Shown: piece by piece, positions 17,655-27,001 of the stretch
Layout of the letters: each line of letters starts with the position of its first letter
Numbering within the stretch: position 1 is the first letter of the stretch
NCBI GenBank assembly: GCA_963742815.1
Contig: CAVUNJ010000008.1
Location: forward strand, 84,925-148,924
Direction: 5' to 3'
Source: an uncultured Actinomycetota bacterium
GTDB lineage: Bacteria; Actinomycetota; Actinomycetes; Propionibacteriales; Nocardioidaceae
DNA length: 64,000 bases
Program-made: the position numbers and the translations under genes
The notes under the pieces: model-generated
Told to the model about the DNA's origin: nothing
Databases searched by the model: none
Seen by the model: only the letters and a program-made list of their open reading frames with translations

Positions 17655-18421
17655 GGGTCCTCGGGTTCAGATCTGGCGGGGGCGTCGCGCAGTGCCGTGC
17701 CGGGCTGGACCTGGTGGTCGACGGCCAGTACGCCGATCCAGCGCCGTGCCTTGCTCGAGGTGCTGGCGATCGCTCTCCGGGCGTCCTCGTAGCGCTCCAG
17801 GTCGAGCGCCATCTCCGCAGTCACGAGGCCCTGCACGATGGTGTCGTTGACCTCGCGGGCGACCCTCCGCCGCTCGGCCCGCGCGAAGCCTTCGACCACC
17901 TGGTGCTCGGCTTGCTTCTGCATTGTCAGGTCTGTGAAGACCAGGCACCGGACGAGCACTCCTTCGAGGTCGATGGCTGTGGCCGCGACCAGCACCGGGA
18001 CGTCGCTGTTGTCAGTTGCCACGAGCGTGAACTCGGCTCGTCGCGTCTCGGTCGCTTTCGTCTCGAGCAGTGACGCGAGAGCGGCTTGCTGCTCCTGGTC
18101 GATGTACGTCGTGAGGTCGCGCCCGATCATGGTGTCGCGTTCGATGCCGAGGAACTGGGCGAGACGAGGGTTGGCGAACAGGATGACTCCACGCTCGGAG
18201 ACGGTCGCGGCGCCTTCTCCCATCTTCTCGACGATCACCCGGTACGGCCGGTCCGCGTTCGTGAGCGTGTAGACCTGTTCGTTCTCCGGCGCACCCATTA
18301 CGACTGCGTCGACGCCACCACTCCTGATGGCGGCCAAGGCCTCCTTGAGGTAGGCGATCTGCTCGACGAGCTCCTCGAGGTCCGACTCTGGGGAGTCGGG
18401 CAGGGTTTCTGCATTCGTCAT
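17651..18421 (-). CDS. PAS-domain sensor with a degenerate HisKA_3-like helix and no HATPase domain
   Basis: RPYRVIVEKMGEGAATVS...ILFANPR PAS; AREVNDTIVQGL has Asn where the H-box His is expected; the ORF ends soon after. Confidence 0.8.
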   Translation of the reverse strand: MTNAETLPDSPESDLEELVEQIAYLKEALAAIRSGGVDAVVMGAPENEQVYTLTNADRPYRVIVEKMGEGAATVSERGVILFANPRLAQFLGIERDTMIGRDLTTYIDQEQQAALASLLETKATETRRAEFTLVATDNSDVPVLVAATAIDLEGVLVRCLVFTDLTMQKQAEHQVVEGFARAERRRVAREVNDTIVQGLVTAEMALDLERYEDARRAIASTSSKARRWIGVLAVDHQVQPGTALRDAPARSEPEDP

Positions 18422-18780
18422 GCCGTCCCCGCTTCGGCGGACGGTGCCCCGTCCACTTGTGCTCCGTCGACGTGTGCTCCGTCGGCTTGTGCTGGGCGGA
18501 GGTCGAGAGCCGCCCGGACGCGCGCCAGATCAGTGAGGTTGCCCACGAGATGCCGGAGCGGCCCAGGGGTGTGCTTCACCAACGTCGGCAGGGCCAGGAT
18601 GTTGTCCCTCTTCACCAGTGCCGGATGCTCGGCCGCGTTGACCACCTCGAGGTCGACCCTGCCGGCCAGGTCCTCGTCGCACAGACGGCGTACCGCATCG
18701 ATGGCCTCGAGGGAGCGCGGTGACGCGCCACTGACGTAGAGGGTCAACGCCCACCTCGGCTCTGCGAATTCCTCGGTCAC
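18418..18780 (-). CDS. kaiB: KaiB-family protein
   Basis: [12 protein letters not shown]...LEVV...[29 protein letters not shown]. Confidence 0.9.
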   Translation of the reverse strand: MTEEFAEPRWALTLYVSGASPRSLEAIDAVRRLCDEDLAGRVDLEVVNAAEHPALVKRDNILALPTLVKHTPGPLRHLVGNLTDLARVRAALDLRPAQADGAHVDGAQVDGAPSAEAGTA

Positions 18781-18959
18781 GACGGCGGCTCGCGGTGCGT
18801 TCGAACCAGGAGACCGACGAGCACCCGGTCGGTGTCGGAATGGTCACCGATGATCTTGCGGATCGGCTCGGGAAGCTTGCGAACGAGCGTGGGTACGGCG
18901 TAGACCTCGGGGTCACTGCCCAGGTCAGGCGTCCCGATGCCAGCTGCGTCAGTGCTCAT
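18777..18959 (-). pseudogene. kaiB: Second kaiB with an in-frame internal deletion (60 aa)
   Basis: [20 protein letters not shown] joins directly to [30 protein letters not shown]; the usual central L-x-LY-V-AG...DQI segment (about 50 aa) is missing. Confidence 0.8.
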
Positions 18960-20718
18960 GTGAAGGTCGCGTCTGAGTGACTTCCGGCAGGTCTCCGGAG
19001 CGCTCGCGTCCCTGCGAGAGGCGGACTGCGACGCCGGAGGCCCTGCCTTCCGCCTCGGAGGCAACGAACCGCTCGAACTCGGCCGTCTCTGCGGTCAGCT
19101 GGGCCTGCAGGGCGGCGATCTGGGCTTCGAACGCCGCGGACCGTTGCACCAGTTCCTGTCGACGCCGCTCGGTCTCGTCTGCACGGGTCGCCTGGGCGAG
19201 GCGCTCCCATGAGACCTGCTCCACCCGCTCGGAACCGGTCAGCACACCGTTCGGCCCGACGTACACGTCGAGCAGGTCCGCACCCTGGTCCGACAGCACG
19301 AACTCGCGCACCTGGTTGGAGTGCGCCGAACCGCGGCTCTTGATCACGAACATCAACCTGTTGCGTTCTCCGTTGCTCTCGTCGTTGCGCACGAGCAGCC
19401 AGGTGTCGACGAGGGACGACACGTCGACCTCGCTCGACTCGTGGCTCAACCCGTGGGTCAGGGTGGTCATCACCGTGGTGATCCCGCGGCCCTTGAGCAG
19501 GTCGAGGTCACGTGAGATGGCGGACGTCGTCTCGCTTCGGGCGCCCGCATGGGTGAGGCTGGCGACCGCGTCGAGCACGACGAGCTGCGGTTCGGACTCG
19601 TCCAGGAGTCGGTGCAGCATGGCCAGGTGCTCCTCGAAGCCGAACGCCGTCGGCCGGACGGCTTCGAGCTGCAACAGTCCGGCGTCGACCCACCGCTGCA
19701 GGTCCATGCCGATCGAGCGCATGTTGCGCACCAGCTGGTTCGGCGACTCCTCGAAGGAGAAGAACAGGGCGCGCTCGCCCCGTGCGCAGGCCGCGTCGAC
19801 CATGATGGCGCCCAGGCTGGTCTTTCCGGTGCCGGCGGTGCCACTGATCATCACCGACGACCCGCGGTAGACGCCACCCATGAGCATCTCGTCCAGCCGC
19901 GGAACCCCGGTGGAGACGCGCTCGTCCGACGCCTCGTAGGTCAGGCCGACGGAGGTGATCGGCACGACTACCAGCCCCTGCTCGGTGATCAGGAAGGGGT
20001 ACTCGTTAGTGCCGTGCAACGATCCGCGGTACTTGACCACGCGCAGCCGCCGGGTGGAGATCTCGTCGTGGACGCGGTGGTCCAGGGTGACCACGCAGTC
20101 GGAGACGTACTCCTCGATGCCGAAGCGCGTCAGGTCCCCCAGCTTGCCTCGCTCGCCGGTGATCACGGTTGTCAGCCCGCGGTCCTTGAGCCATCGGAAC
20201 AGCCGACCCAGCTCGCCACGGATGATCGCCTCGTTGGGCAGTGCGCTGAACAGCAGCTCGATCGTGTCGAGCACCACCCGCTTGGCGCCCACGGACTCCA
20301 CGGCGTGCGCCAGCCGGATGAACAGCCCCTCGAGGTCGAAGGCGCCGGTCTCGACGATCTCGGCGGGATCGAGACGGAAGGCGTCGATCGCTAGGAGGCC
20401 GTCGCGCTCGAGCTGGTCGAGGTCGAATCCGAGGGACGCAACGTTGATGCCGAGGTCGCTCTGGGCCTCCTCGAAGGCGATCAGGACGCCGGGCTCACCG
20501 AAGTCACGGGCACCTCGGACCAGGAACTCGATCCCGAACAGGGTCTTGCCCGAGCCTGCTGCTCCGGTCAACAGCGTCGGCCGGCCGCGCGGCAGGCCGC
20601 CGCCGGTGATCTCGTCGAACCCGTTGATCCCCGTCGGAACCTTCTCCGGGCCGATCAGGATTCGGGGCTCACCGGGGCCTGGGTCGCTCGCGTCGATGAT
20701 GCGCTCGTCGAGGTCCAC
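18949..20718 (-). CDS. kaiC: Double-domain KaiC ATPase/autokinase with coiled-coil tail
   Basis: Two P-loops ([16 protein letters not shown]), FEE catalytic motifs, KYRGS/KSRGS arginine fingers, phosphosite region [16 protein letters not shown] followed by a coiled coil. Confidence 0.95.
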   Translation of the reverse strand: MDLDERIIDASDPGPGEPRILIGPEKVPTGINGFDEITGGGLPRGRPTLLTGAAGSGKTLFGIEFLVRGARDFGEPGVLIAFEEAQSDLGINVASLGFDLDQLERDGLLAIDAFRLDPAEIVETGAFDLEGLFIRLAHAVESVGAKRVVLDTIELLFSALPNEAIIRGELGRLFRWLKDRGLTTVITGERGKLGDLTRFGIEEYVSDCVVTLDHRVHDEISTRRLRVVKYRGSLHGTNEYPFLITEQGLVVVPITSVGLTYEASDERVSTGVPRLDEMLMGGVYRGSSVMISGTAGTGKTSLGAIMVDAACARGERALFFSFEESPNQLVRNMRSIGMDLQRWVDAGLLQLEAVRPTAFGFEEHLAMLHRLLDESEPQLVVLDAVASLTHAGARSETTSAISRDLDLLKGRGITTVMTTLTHGLSHESSEVDVSSLVDTWLLVRNDESNGERNRLMFVIKSRGSAHSNQVREFVLSDQGADLLDVYVGPNGVLTGSERVEQVSWERLAQATRADETERRRQELVQRSAAFEAQIAALQAQLTAETAEFERFVASEAEGRASGVAVRLSQGRERSGDLPEVTQTRPSHEH

Positions 20719-20871
20719 ACTCCGCAGTCTCCCCTTGCGGCCGCGCTTTCGTGGCCCTTCGCACAGAAGGTTGGAACTGCGCCGGACATAAGGGGAAAAC
20801 AGGGCCCTCGATGAGAACTCCTGCGCTTGCCTTCCCCTTGCGAACGCATGAGCGGCTCATCGAGGGCCCCT

Positions 20872-21003
20872 TGTGGACGGCAACGCTAGTGAGCCAACCC
20901 ACAGCGGTCAATGCGTGGAGCAGACCGACGCCCATGGGTTACGCACCGGCTGTGGAAAACCCTGTGGACAACTTGTGGAAGACCGGCCCTGTGCTGTGGA
21001 TCA
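20872..21003. promoter_or_regulatory. Cluster of co-oriented DnaA-box-like 9-mers
   Basis: TGTGGACGG 20872, TGTGGAAAA 20951, TGTGGACAA 20963 (perfect actinobacterial TTGTCCACA), TGTGGAAGA 20974, TGTGGATCA 20995. Confidence 0.7.
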
Positions 21004-21027
21004 CAGTGGGGCCGACAGAATGGGACC

Positions 21028-22089
21028 GTGACGGGAGCAGACGACTACACAGGAGGTCCGGTCGGCGCCCTGCGGCGGATTGCGTTCCTCCTCGAGAGGA
21101 GCCGGGCGGAGACCTACAAGGTCAAGGCGTTCCGCGCTGCGGCGGAGACCATCCTGCCGTTGGGTGAGGAGGTCGCGGAGCGGGTGCGTCAAGGGACCCT
21201 GCGCGAGCTTCCCGGCATCGGCGCCTCCACCGCGGAGGTCATCGAGGCCGCAGTCGAGGGCCGTACGCCGGACCGACTCGCCCGTCTCGAGCGGGAGACC
21301 GCCGGGCCGCTCGTCGCGGGTGGTGAGGCGATTCGCAGCCGGCTCCGGGGCGACCTGCACTCGCACAGCGACTGGTCCGACGGCGGTTCCCCGATCGAGG
21401 AGATGGCGTTCACCGCCATCGAGCTCGGCCACGAGTACCTCGTGCTCACCGACCACTCGCCCCGGCTGACAGTGGCGAACGGGCTCTCGGTGGCCCGCCT
21501 GACCCGACAGATCGGGGTCGTCGAAGCGGTCAACGAGCACCTCGGAACCGGACCCGATGGTCAGGCCAGTGGCGGCTTCCGCCTGCTCAAGGGCATCGAG
21601 GTGGACATCCTCGATGACGGCTCGCTCGACCAGACTGACGAGATGCTCGGGCGGCTCGACGTACGCGTCGCATCCGTGCACTCCAAGCTGGCCATGGACC
21701 GCGACGCGATGACTCGACGGATGGTTGCGGCTGTGCACAACCCGTTCGCCAACGTGCTGGGGCACTGCACCGGCCGCCTGGTCACCGGCAACCGGGGCAT
21801 GCGCAAGCAGTCGGAGTTCGACGCCGAGGCGGTCTTCGGCGCCTGCCTGGAGGCCGGCACTGCCGTCGAGATCAACTCCCGCCCCGAGCGCCGCGACCCG
21901 CCTACGCAGCTGTTGCGGCAGGCCATCGACATGGGCTGCCTGTTCTCGATCGACAGTGACGCGCACGCACCCGGTCAGCTCGACTTCCTCTCCTACGGCA
22001 GCGCCCGGGCCGAGGAGCTCGGCCTGGACCCGGACCGGATCGTGAACACCTGGCCGGTCGACCGTTTGCTCGAGTGGGCCCGCCCCTGA
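21028..22089 (+). CDS. PolX-related HhH + PHP protein lacking the polymerase core
   Basis: YKVKAFR, LPGIGAST helix-hairpin-helix, DLHSHSDWSDG, LTDHS, GIEVDI, LGHCTGR, DSDAH. Confidence 0.9.
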   Translation: MTGADDYTGGPVGALRRIAFLLERSRAETYKVKAFRAAAETILPLGEEVAERVRQGTLRELPGIGASTAEVIEAAVEGRTPDRLARLERETAGPLVAGGEAIRSRLRGDLHSHSDWSDGGSPIEEMAFTAIELGHEYLVLTDHSPRLTVANGLSVARLTRQIGVVEAVNEHLGTGPDGQASGGFRLLKGIEVDILDDGSLDQTDEMLGRLDVRVASVHSKLAMDRDAMTRRMVAAVHNPFANVLGHCTGRLVTGNRGMRKQSEFDAEAVFGACLEAGTAVEINSRPERRDPPTQLLRQAIDMGCLFSIDSDAHAPGQLDFLSYGSARAEELGLDPDRIVNTWPVDRLLEWARP

Positions 22090-22108
22090 CGCGTCCCTGA
22101 CCAGTCCT

Positions 22109-22150
22109 TGTGGTGCTGGCACCACAACGACCTCGGGTGCTGGCGCCACA
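22109..22150. promoter_or_regulatory. Palindromic operator pair upstream of the MMPL gene
   Basis: Perfect TGTGGTGC-TG-GCACCACA (22109-22126) and an imperfect copy 24 bp later (22133-22150). Confidence 0.6.
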
Positions 22151-22211
22151 GACGTGGGGCCTGGCGCTCGCGACGATCGAAGGACACTTCGATCGCTCGC
22201 CAGGAGATGCC

Positions 22212-24404
22212 ATGTCCATCAGCAGCACCCGCCGCAATCCGCTCACCGCGATCCCCCTCCGGGCTGCACGCTGGAGCGCCACCCATCCCTGGCGGGCGAT
22301 CCTCGCGTGGCTCGCCTTCGTCCTGATGGCGGTCGGCTTGGCCGTGGCGGTGCCGACGGTGGAGACCAAGGATGCCGACTACCGGCTCGGTGAGTCGGGA
22401 CGAGCCGACGCGATGGTGGACGCCTCCGGCCTGGGCGAGGCGACGACCGAGAACGTGTTGGTCAACCCGCGTGGCGACGCCGTACTCGACCAGGGCGAAG
22501 CGACAGCAGCCGCGAACCAGATCCGCGCCGGGATGCGGGTCCTGGAGGGCGTCGAGACGGTCGCCGAGACGCAGTGGAACCACGATCGTTCGGCGCTGCT
22601 GGTCGCAGTCCAGCTCGCGCGGGACCAGGAGGACGCCACAGCACTGCAGCACGTGACCGAACGCGTCCAGGCAGAGCACCCCGAGCTGCAGATCCGGCAG
22701 GCGGGTGACCTGTCGATCGATGCCGGCATCGACGACCGGGTTGCCGACGACCTTTCCGCCGCCGAGGGGATCAGCCTGCCGGTCACCCTGATCCTGATGC
22801 TGCTGGCGTTCGGCGCCCTGATCGCGGCAGGGATCCCGGTGTTGCTCGCGGCTACGAGCGTGGCCGCGACGATCGGGATCATCGCGCCGCTGTCGCACCT
22901 GGTCCACGCCGAGGGAACCGTCAGCAGCATGATCGTGCTGATCGGGATGGCGGTCGGTGTCGACTACTCGCTGTTCTACCTCAAGCGCGAGCGGGAGGAG
23001 CGGGCCGCCGGACGCAGCACGCTCGACGCAGTCGAGATCGCTGCCCAGACCTCCGGGCACTCCATCATCGTGTCCGGCGGCGCCGTCATCGCCTCGATGG
23101 CCGGCCTGTTCGTGATCGCCGACGCGACGTTCAACTCCCTCGCCACCGGCGCGATCGTCGTCGTGGCGGTCGCCGTGCTCGGGTCGATCACGGTCCTGCC
23201 CGCCCTGCTGGTCAAGCTCGGACGCTGGGTCGACCGGCCGCGGGTTCCGCTGCTGTGGCGACTCAACCGCCGCATCGGACGTGGCGGGATCAGCAGCCGC
23301 ATCCTCGCTCCCGTCGTACGCCGCCCGGTGGTCGCACTGATGGTCTCCGGTGTCGCGGTACTGCTCCTTGCCTTGCCTGCCCTGGGCATGAAGATCCACT
23401 CGGGGAACCTCCAGACCCTGCCCGACTCGATCCCCGAGGTGCAGACCTTCCAGCGGTTGACCGAGGAGTTCCCGGTCGAGGGCACGACGGCGTTGCTCGT
23501 CGTCAAGGCACCGGCCGGCGACCGAGCGCAGGTCGCCGACGCCCTGGCAGGGGTTGACCGCGCGGCGTTGCGCACCTCCTCCTTCGTCGAGTCGGGCCGC
23601 GACCCCGTCCGGGTCTCCGAGGACGGGACCACGTCGGTGCTGCAGCTGGCCATCCCGTACGACGAGTCGGACCCGAAGGTCGACCGCGCCATCGAGTCGC
23701 TCAGGACTGACATCGCTCCGGCGGAGCTCGACGGGCTGGATGCGGAGTACGCCGTGGGCGGCGGTGCCGCCGAGTCCCTGGACTTCGCGAAGACGCAGGA
23801 CGACGGCCTGCCGATCGTGATCGGAGTGGTGCTCCTGTTGACGCTGCTGATGATGGCGTTCGCCTTCCGCAGCCTGCCGATCGCGTTGATCTCGACCGTG
23901 CTGAACCTGATCTCCGTCGGGGTTGCGTTCGGGATCCTGACGCTGGTCTTCCAGCACGGATGGGGCGCCGGTTCGCTGGACTTCACGAGTCCGGGCTTCG
24001 TGATCGACTGGATCCCGCTGTTCGTGATGGTGGTGCTGGTCGGGCTGTCGATGGACTACCACGTGTTCGTGCTCAGCCGCGTGCGCGAGCAGGTCCAGAA
24101 CGGGCTCCCGGCGCGGCTGGCGGTGGAGCAGGGGATCCGGGACACGGCCGGAGTGGTGACCAGCGCGGCGGCCGTCATGGTGTCGGTGTTCGCGATCTTC
24201 GCCACCCTGTCGATGATGGAGATGAAGATGATGGGCGTCGGGCTGTCGGCCGCGATCCTCGTCGACGCGACCGTGATCCGGCTGGTGATGCTGCCCGCGA
24301 TCCTCGTACTTCTCGGGGATCGTGCCTGGTGGCCGTCTCGGCCGACGGCGTCCCCGGTCGAGGAGGTCCAGGAGACCGAGGCGACGTACGCGCTGAGCCG
24401 GTGA
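22212..24404 (+). CDS. MMPL (RND superfamily) transporter
   Basis: ATG 22212 after CAGGAG; GMAVGVDYSLFYLKR and GLSMDYHVFVLSRVRE motifs; two TM repeats. Confidence 0.92.
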   Translation: MSISSTRRNPLTAIPLRAARWSATHPWRAILAWLAFVLMAVGLAVAVPTVETKDADYRLGESGRADAMVDASGLGEATTENVLVNPRGDAVLDQGEATAAANQIRAGMRVLEGVETVAETQWNHDRSALLVAVQLARDQEDATALQHVTERVQAEHPELQIRQAGDLSIDAGIDDRVADDLSAAEGISLPVTLILMLLAFGALIAAGIPVLLAATSVAATIGIIAPLSHLVHAEGTVSSMIVLIGMAVGVDYSLFYLKREREERAAGRSTLDAVEIAAQTSGHSIIVSGGAVIASMAGLFVIADATFNSLATGAIVVVAVAVLGSITVLPALLVKLGRWVDRPRVPLLWRLNRRIGRGGISSRILAPVVRRPVVALMVSGVAVLLLALPALGMKIHSGNLQTLPDSIPEVQTFQRLTEEFPVEGTTALLVVKAPAGDRAQVADALAGVDRAALRTSSFVESGRDPVRVSEDGTTSVLQLAIPYDESDPKVDRAIESLRTDIAPAELDGLDAEYAVGGGAAESLDFAKTQDDGLPIVIGVVLLLTLLMMAFAFRSLPIALISTVLNLISVGVAFGILTLVFQHGWGAGSLDFTSPGFVIDWIPLFVMVVLVGLSMDYHVFVLSRVREQVQNGLPARLAVEQGIRDTAGVVTSAAAVMVSVFAIFATLSMMEMKMMGVGLSAAILVDATVIRLVMLPAILVLLGDRAWWPSRPTASPVEEVQETEATYALSR

Positions 24405-24446
24405 CCAATCACGGGTCTTGTCGGTTCGCCGGGCTACTTTTCTTCC

Positions 24447-25007
24447 ATGCGCAATCCAGTGGACGCCGAGGTCGACGGGCATGCTGTCGAAGTACGGCGC
24501 TCACGTCGGCGCAAGCGCACCGTGTCGGCCTATCGCCGCGACGGCAAGGTCATCGTGATGATCCCCGACAGGTTCACCCGCGCCGAGGAGGCCGAGTGGG
24601 TGACCGCGATGCTCGAACGGCTCGAGCGGTCGGAGAAGCGGCGCAGGCGCACCGACGACCAGCTGATGCGGCGTGCCGGCGAGCTGTCTCGCGACTACCT
24701 CCACGACAAGGTGGAGCCGACGTCCGTGCGCTGGGTGGGGAACATGACCACCCGCTGGGGGTCCTGCACCTGCTCGACGGGCGAGATCCGGCTCTCCGAC
24801 AGGTTGCAGCCCATGCCGCCGTGGGTGGTCGACTACGTGCTGCTCCATGAGCTCGCGCACCTGCTCGAGTCGAGCCACAACAAGCGGTTCTGGCACTGGG
24901 TGGACCGATTCCCCAAGGCAGAGCGGGCCAAGGGCTATCTCGAGGGGGTCGCCCACACCACAGCGATGAACCTCGAACCGTGCCCCGAGGTGCCCGACGC
25001 CGGCTAG
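24447..25007 (+). CDS. M48/DUF45 (YgjP-like) metal-dependent hydrolase
   Basis: RWGSCT...IRLSDRL...DYVLLHELAHL. Confidence 0.88.
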   Translation: MRNPVDAEVDGHAVEVRRSRRRKRTVSAYRRDGKVIVMIPDRFTRAEEAEWVTAMLERLERSEKRRRRTDDQLMRRAGELSRDYLHDKVEPTSVRWVGNMTTRWGSCTCSTGEIRLSDRLQPMPPWVVDYVLLHELAHLLESSHNKRFWHWVDRFPKAERAKGYLEGVAHTTAMNLEPCPEVPDAG

Positions 25008-25020
25008 CGACGCCGGCTAG
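24995..25020 (+). repeat. 13-bp duplication CGACGCCGGCTAG x2 spanning a stop codon
   Basis: Copies at 24995-25007 and 25008-25020 at a convergent gene junction. Confidence 0.85.
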
Positions 25021-25553
25021 CGACTTAGGGCGAGCCCGATCATCTCCACCATGTCGGGCTCGTTGGTCGGCAGCTCGTCCACCGGCCACCAGCGCACGTC
25101 GAGGGACTCCGAGCTGACGACCGGATCGACGTCGGATCCGAGCTGCGCCAGGAACCGGACGTCGAGGTGGTGCACGGTCCCGCGAGGGTCGCAGAACTCC
25201 ACCGCGTGCCGCGAGAGGTGGAGCGGCGCGGCGGCCACCACCAGCCCGCCGAGGCCGGACTCCTCGGTGCCCTCGCGCTGGGCAGCGCCGGCGAGCGTCA
25301 CGTCCGCGGGTTCGAGATGCCCGCCGAAGTGGAACCAGCGCCCGGCCTTGCGGTGCAGGTTGAGCAGCACCTGCTGCCGGTCATGGCTGAGCACCAGGGC
25401 GCCGGCCGTCAGGTGGGCGGGGAAGCACGAACGCCAGTGTCCGTCGTCGTGCTCGACGAGGTGCTCGGCGTACGACGCACGGAGGCGGTCCTGCTCAGCG
25501 CTCGGCGCCTGCCAGTGGGTGAGTACGTCGAGCGCGTCGGCGTGCAGGCTCAC
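25017..25553 (-). CDS. Nudix hydrolase
   Basis: HLTAGALV...W...GGHLEPAD...AAQREGTEESGL Nudix box. Confidence 0.88.
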   Translation of the reverse strand: MSLHADALDVLTHWQAPSAEQDRLRASYAEHLVEHDDGHWRSCFPAHLTAGALVLSHDRQQVLLNLHRKAGRWFHFGGHLEPADVTLAGAAQREGTEESGLGGLVVAAAPLHLSRHAVEFCDPRGTVHHLDVRFLAQLGSDVDPVVSSESLDVRWWPVDELPTNEPDMVEMIGLALSR

Positions 25554-26932
25554 TCCTTGTCGCCGGGCTCCTTGCCTGGATTTGGGCCGGAATCTGGCCC
25601 GGATTCTGGGCCGGAAGCTGGGCCGGATTCTGGGCCATCACCGGACTCGGTGTCCAGCAGCTGGCCGATGGCCTTGTCGAAGTCCTCGTCACTGAGCTCC
25701 TTGAGCTCGGGGAGGTCCTCACGGAAACCCAGCGGGTCGTCGAGATCGGCGGCGGTCGGCAGCAGGTCGGGGTGGGCCCAGACGGCGTCGCGCGCCTCCT
25801 TGCCCTGACGCGAGCGGAGCGAGCCCCACAGCGCCGAGGCATCGCGCAGCCGGCGCGGCCGCAGCTCCAGCCCGACGAGCGCGGCGAAGGTCTCCTCGGC
25901 AGGTCCTCCTGCGGCGCGACGGCGCCGGATCGCTTCTTGCATCTTGGTCGCCGCCGGCATCCGCTCGGCGGTGGCCTGTCCGACCACCTCGTCGACCCAG
26001 CCCTCGACCAGGGCGAGCGTGGTCTCCAGCCGAGTAAGGGCGGACTTCTGCTCGGGGGTCTGCTGCGGCTCGAACAGCCCGCCCTGCAGGGCTTCCTGGA
26101 TCGCCTCCATGTTGGTCGGGTCGAGCTGTGACATGGCCTGCTCGATGCCGGAGACGTCGATGGTGACGCCTCGCCCGAAGTCCTCGACCGAGGAGATCAG
26201 GTGCTGGCGCAGCCACGGAACGTGCCCGAACAGCCGCTGGTGGGCCGCCTCGCGGAGGCAGAGGTAGAGGAGTACGTCGTCGGCGGAGACGTCGAGCCCG
26301 TCGGCGAACTCGGCGATGTTGTGCGGGAGCAGGGCCGCCTTGCCGGCAGGCCCCAGGGGCAGGCCCACGTCGCTGGCGGTGAGCACCTCGCCGGCCAGCC
26401 CACCGAGTGCGGCACCGACCTGGCTGCCGAACATCGCGCCGCCGGCCTTTCCGAGCATGCCGATCAGGGGTCCGGCCATGGCACGGGCCTCCTCTGGCAT
26501 CGCCTTGCCCATGGCCCCCACGACGTGCTCGGCCACCGGCTCGACGAGCACACGCCATACCTCGGTGGTCTGCTCGATCCACTCCGCCCGGCTCCAGGCG
26601 GCCGTGGTGGTCACCCCGGACGGGAGCACGGTCGCGCCGTCCAGCCAGTGGTCGGCCAGCCGCATCGCGTCTGCGACGCGGGTCTGGTCGTTGCGGTCCG
26701 GGCTGGGGTCAGGCTCCTGCGCCGAGGTTCGGCGGGCGATGTCCGTCGCGAGGGTCCAGTTCACCGGCCCGTCGTACGGCGCCATCATGGCCTGCATCTG
26801 GCCCATCAATCCCGAGAGGTCGGGCATGCCTGCGCCACCCTGGCCCCCGAGGCCGCCCGATCCGCCCAGCGCGTTGAAGATCTGCTCGAATGGGGTCCCC
26901 TTGAAGGGGTTGTCGTCCGGTCGGTCGTCCAT
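25550..26932 (-). CDS. Zinc-dependent metalloprotease-like DUF2342 protein (Rv3195-like)
   Basis: PVNW.LA, AWSRAEW, LREAAHQRLF, LALVEGWV, RRRRAAGGPAE, W.HPDLLP; C-terminal 12-bp repeats; start ATG 26932. Confidence 0.88.
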   Translation of the reverse strand: MDDRPDDNPFKGTPFEQIFNALGGSGGLGGQGGAGMPDLSGLMGQMQAMMAPYDGPVNWTLATDIARRTSAQEPDPSPDRNDQTRVADAMRLADHWLDGATVLPSGVTTTAAWSRAEWIEQTTEVWRVLVEPVAEHVVGAMGKAMPEEARAMAGPLIGMLGKAGGAMFGSQVGAALGGLAGEVLTASDVGLPLGPAGKAALLPHNIAEFADGLDVSADDVLLYLCLREAAHQRLFGHVPWLRQHLISSVEDFGRGVTIDVSGIEQAMSQLDPTNMEAIQEALQGGLFEPQQTPEQKSALTRLETTLALVEGWVDEVVGQATAERMPAATKMQEAIRRRRAAGGPAEETFAALVGLELRPRRLRDASALWGSLRSRQGKEARDAVWAHPDLLPTAADLDDPLGFREDLPELKELSDEDFDKAIGQLLDTESGDGPESGPASGPESGPDSGPNPGKEPGDKE

Positions 26933-27001
26933 GCCCACCAAATTACCCGTGACCGCCAATGAGGTGTCTTGCGCCCCGTGCGCGGCACGTAGGCTCGCCG
27001 G

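Noticed and set aside
17250-20718. Cyanobacterial-type self-sustained circadian clock
   Set aside because: No kaiA, SS rather than ST phosphosites, and one kaiB is broken.
20872-21003. Chromosomal oriC
   Set aside because: No dnaA/dnaN, no AT-rich unwinding element and too few boxes.
21993-24482. Long antisense ORFs (also 28461-30902, 46201-48207, 57885-59114 and others)
   Set aside because: They are shadow frames of well-supported genes in high-GC DNA and contain no motifs.
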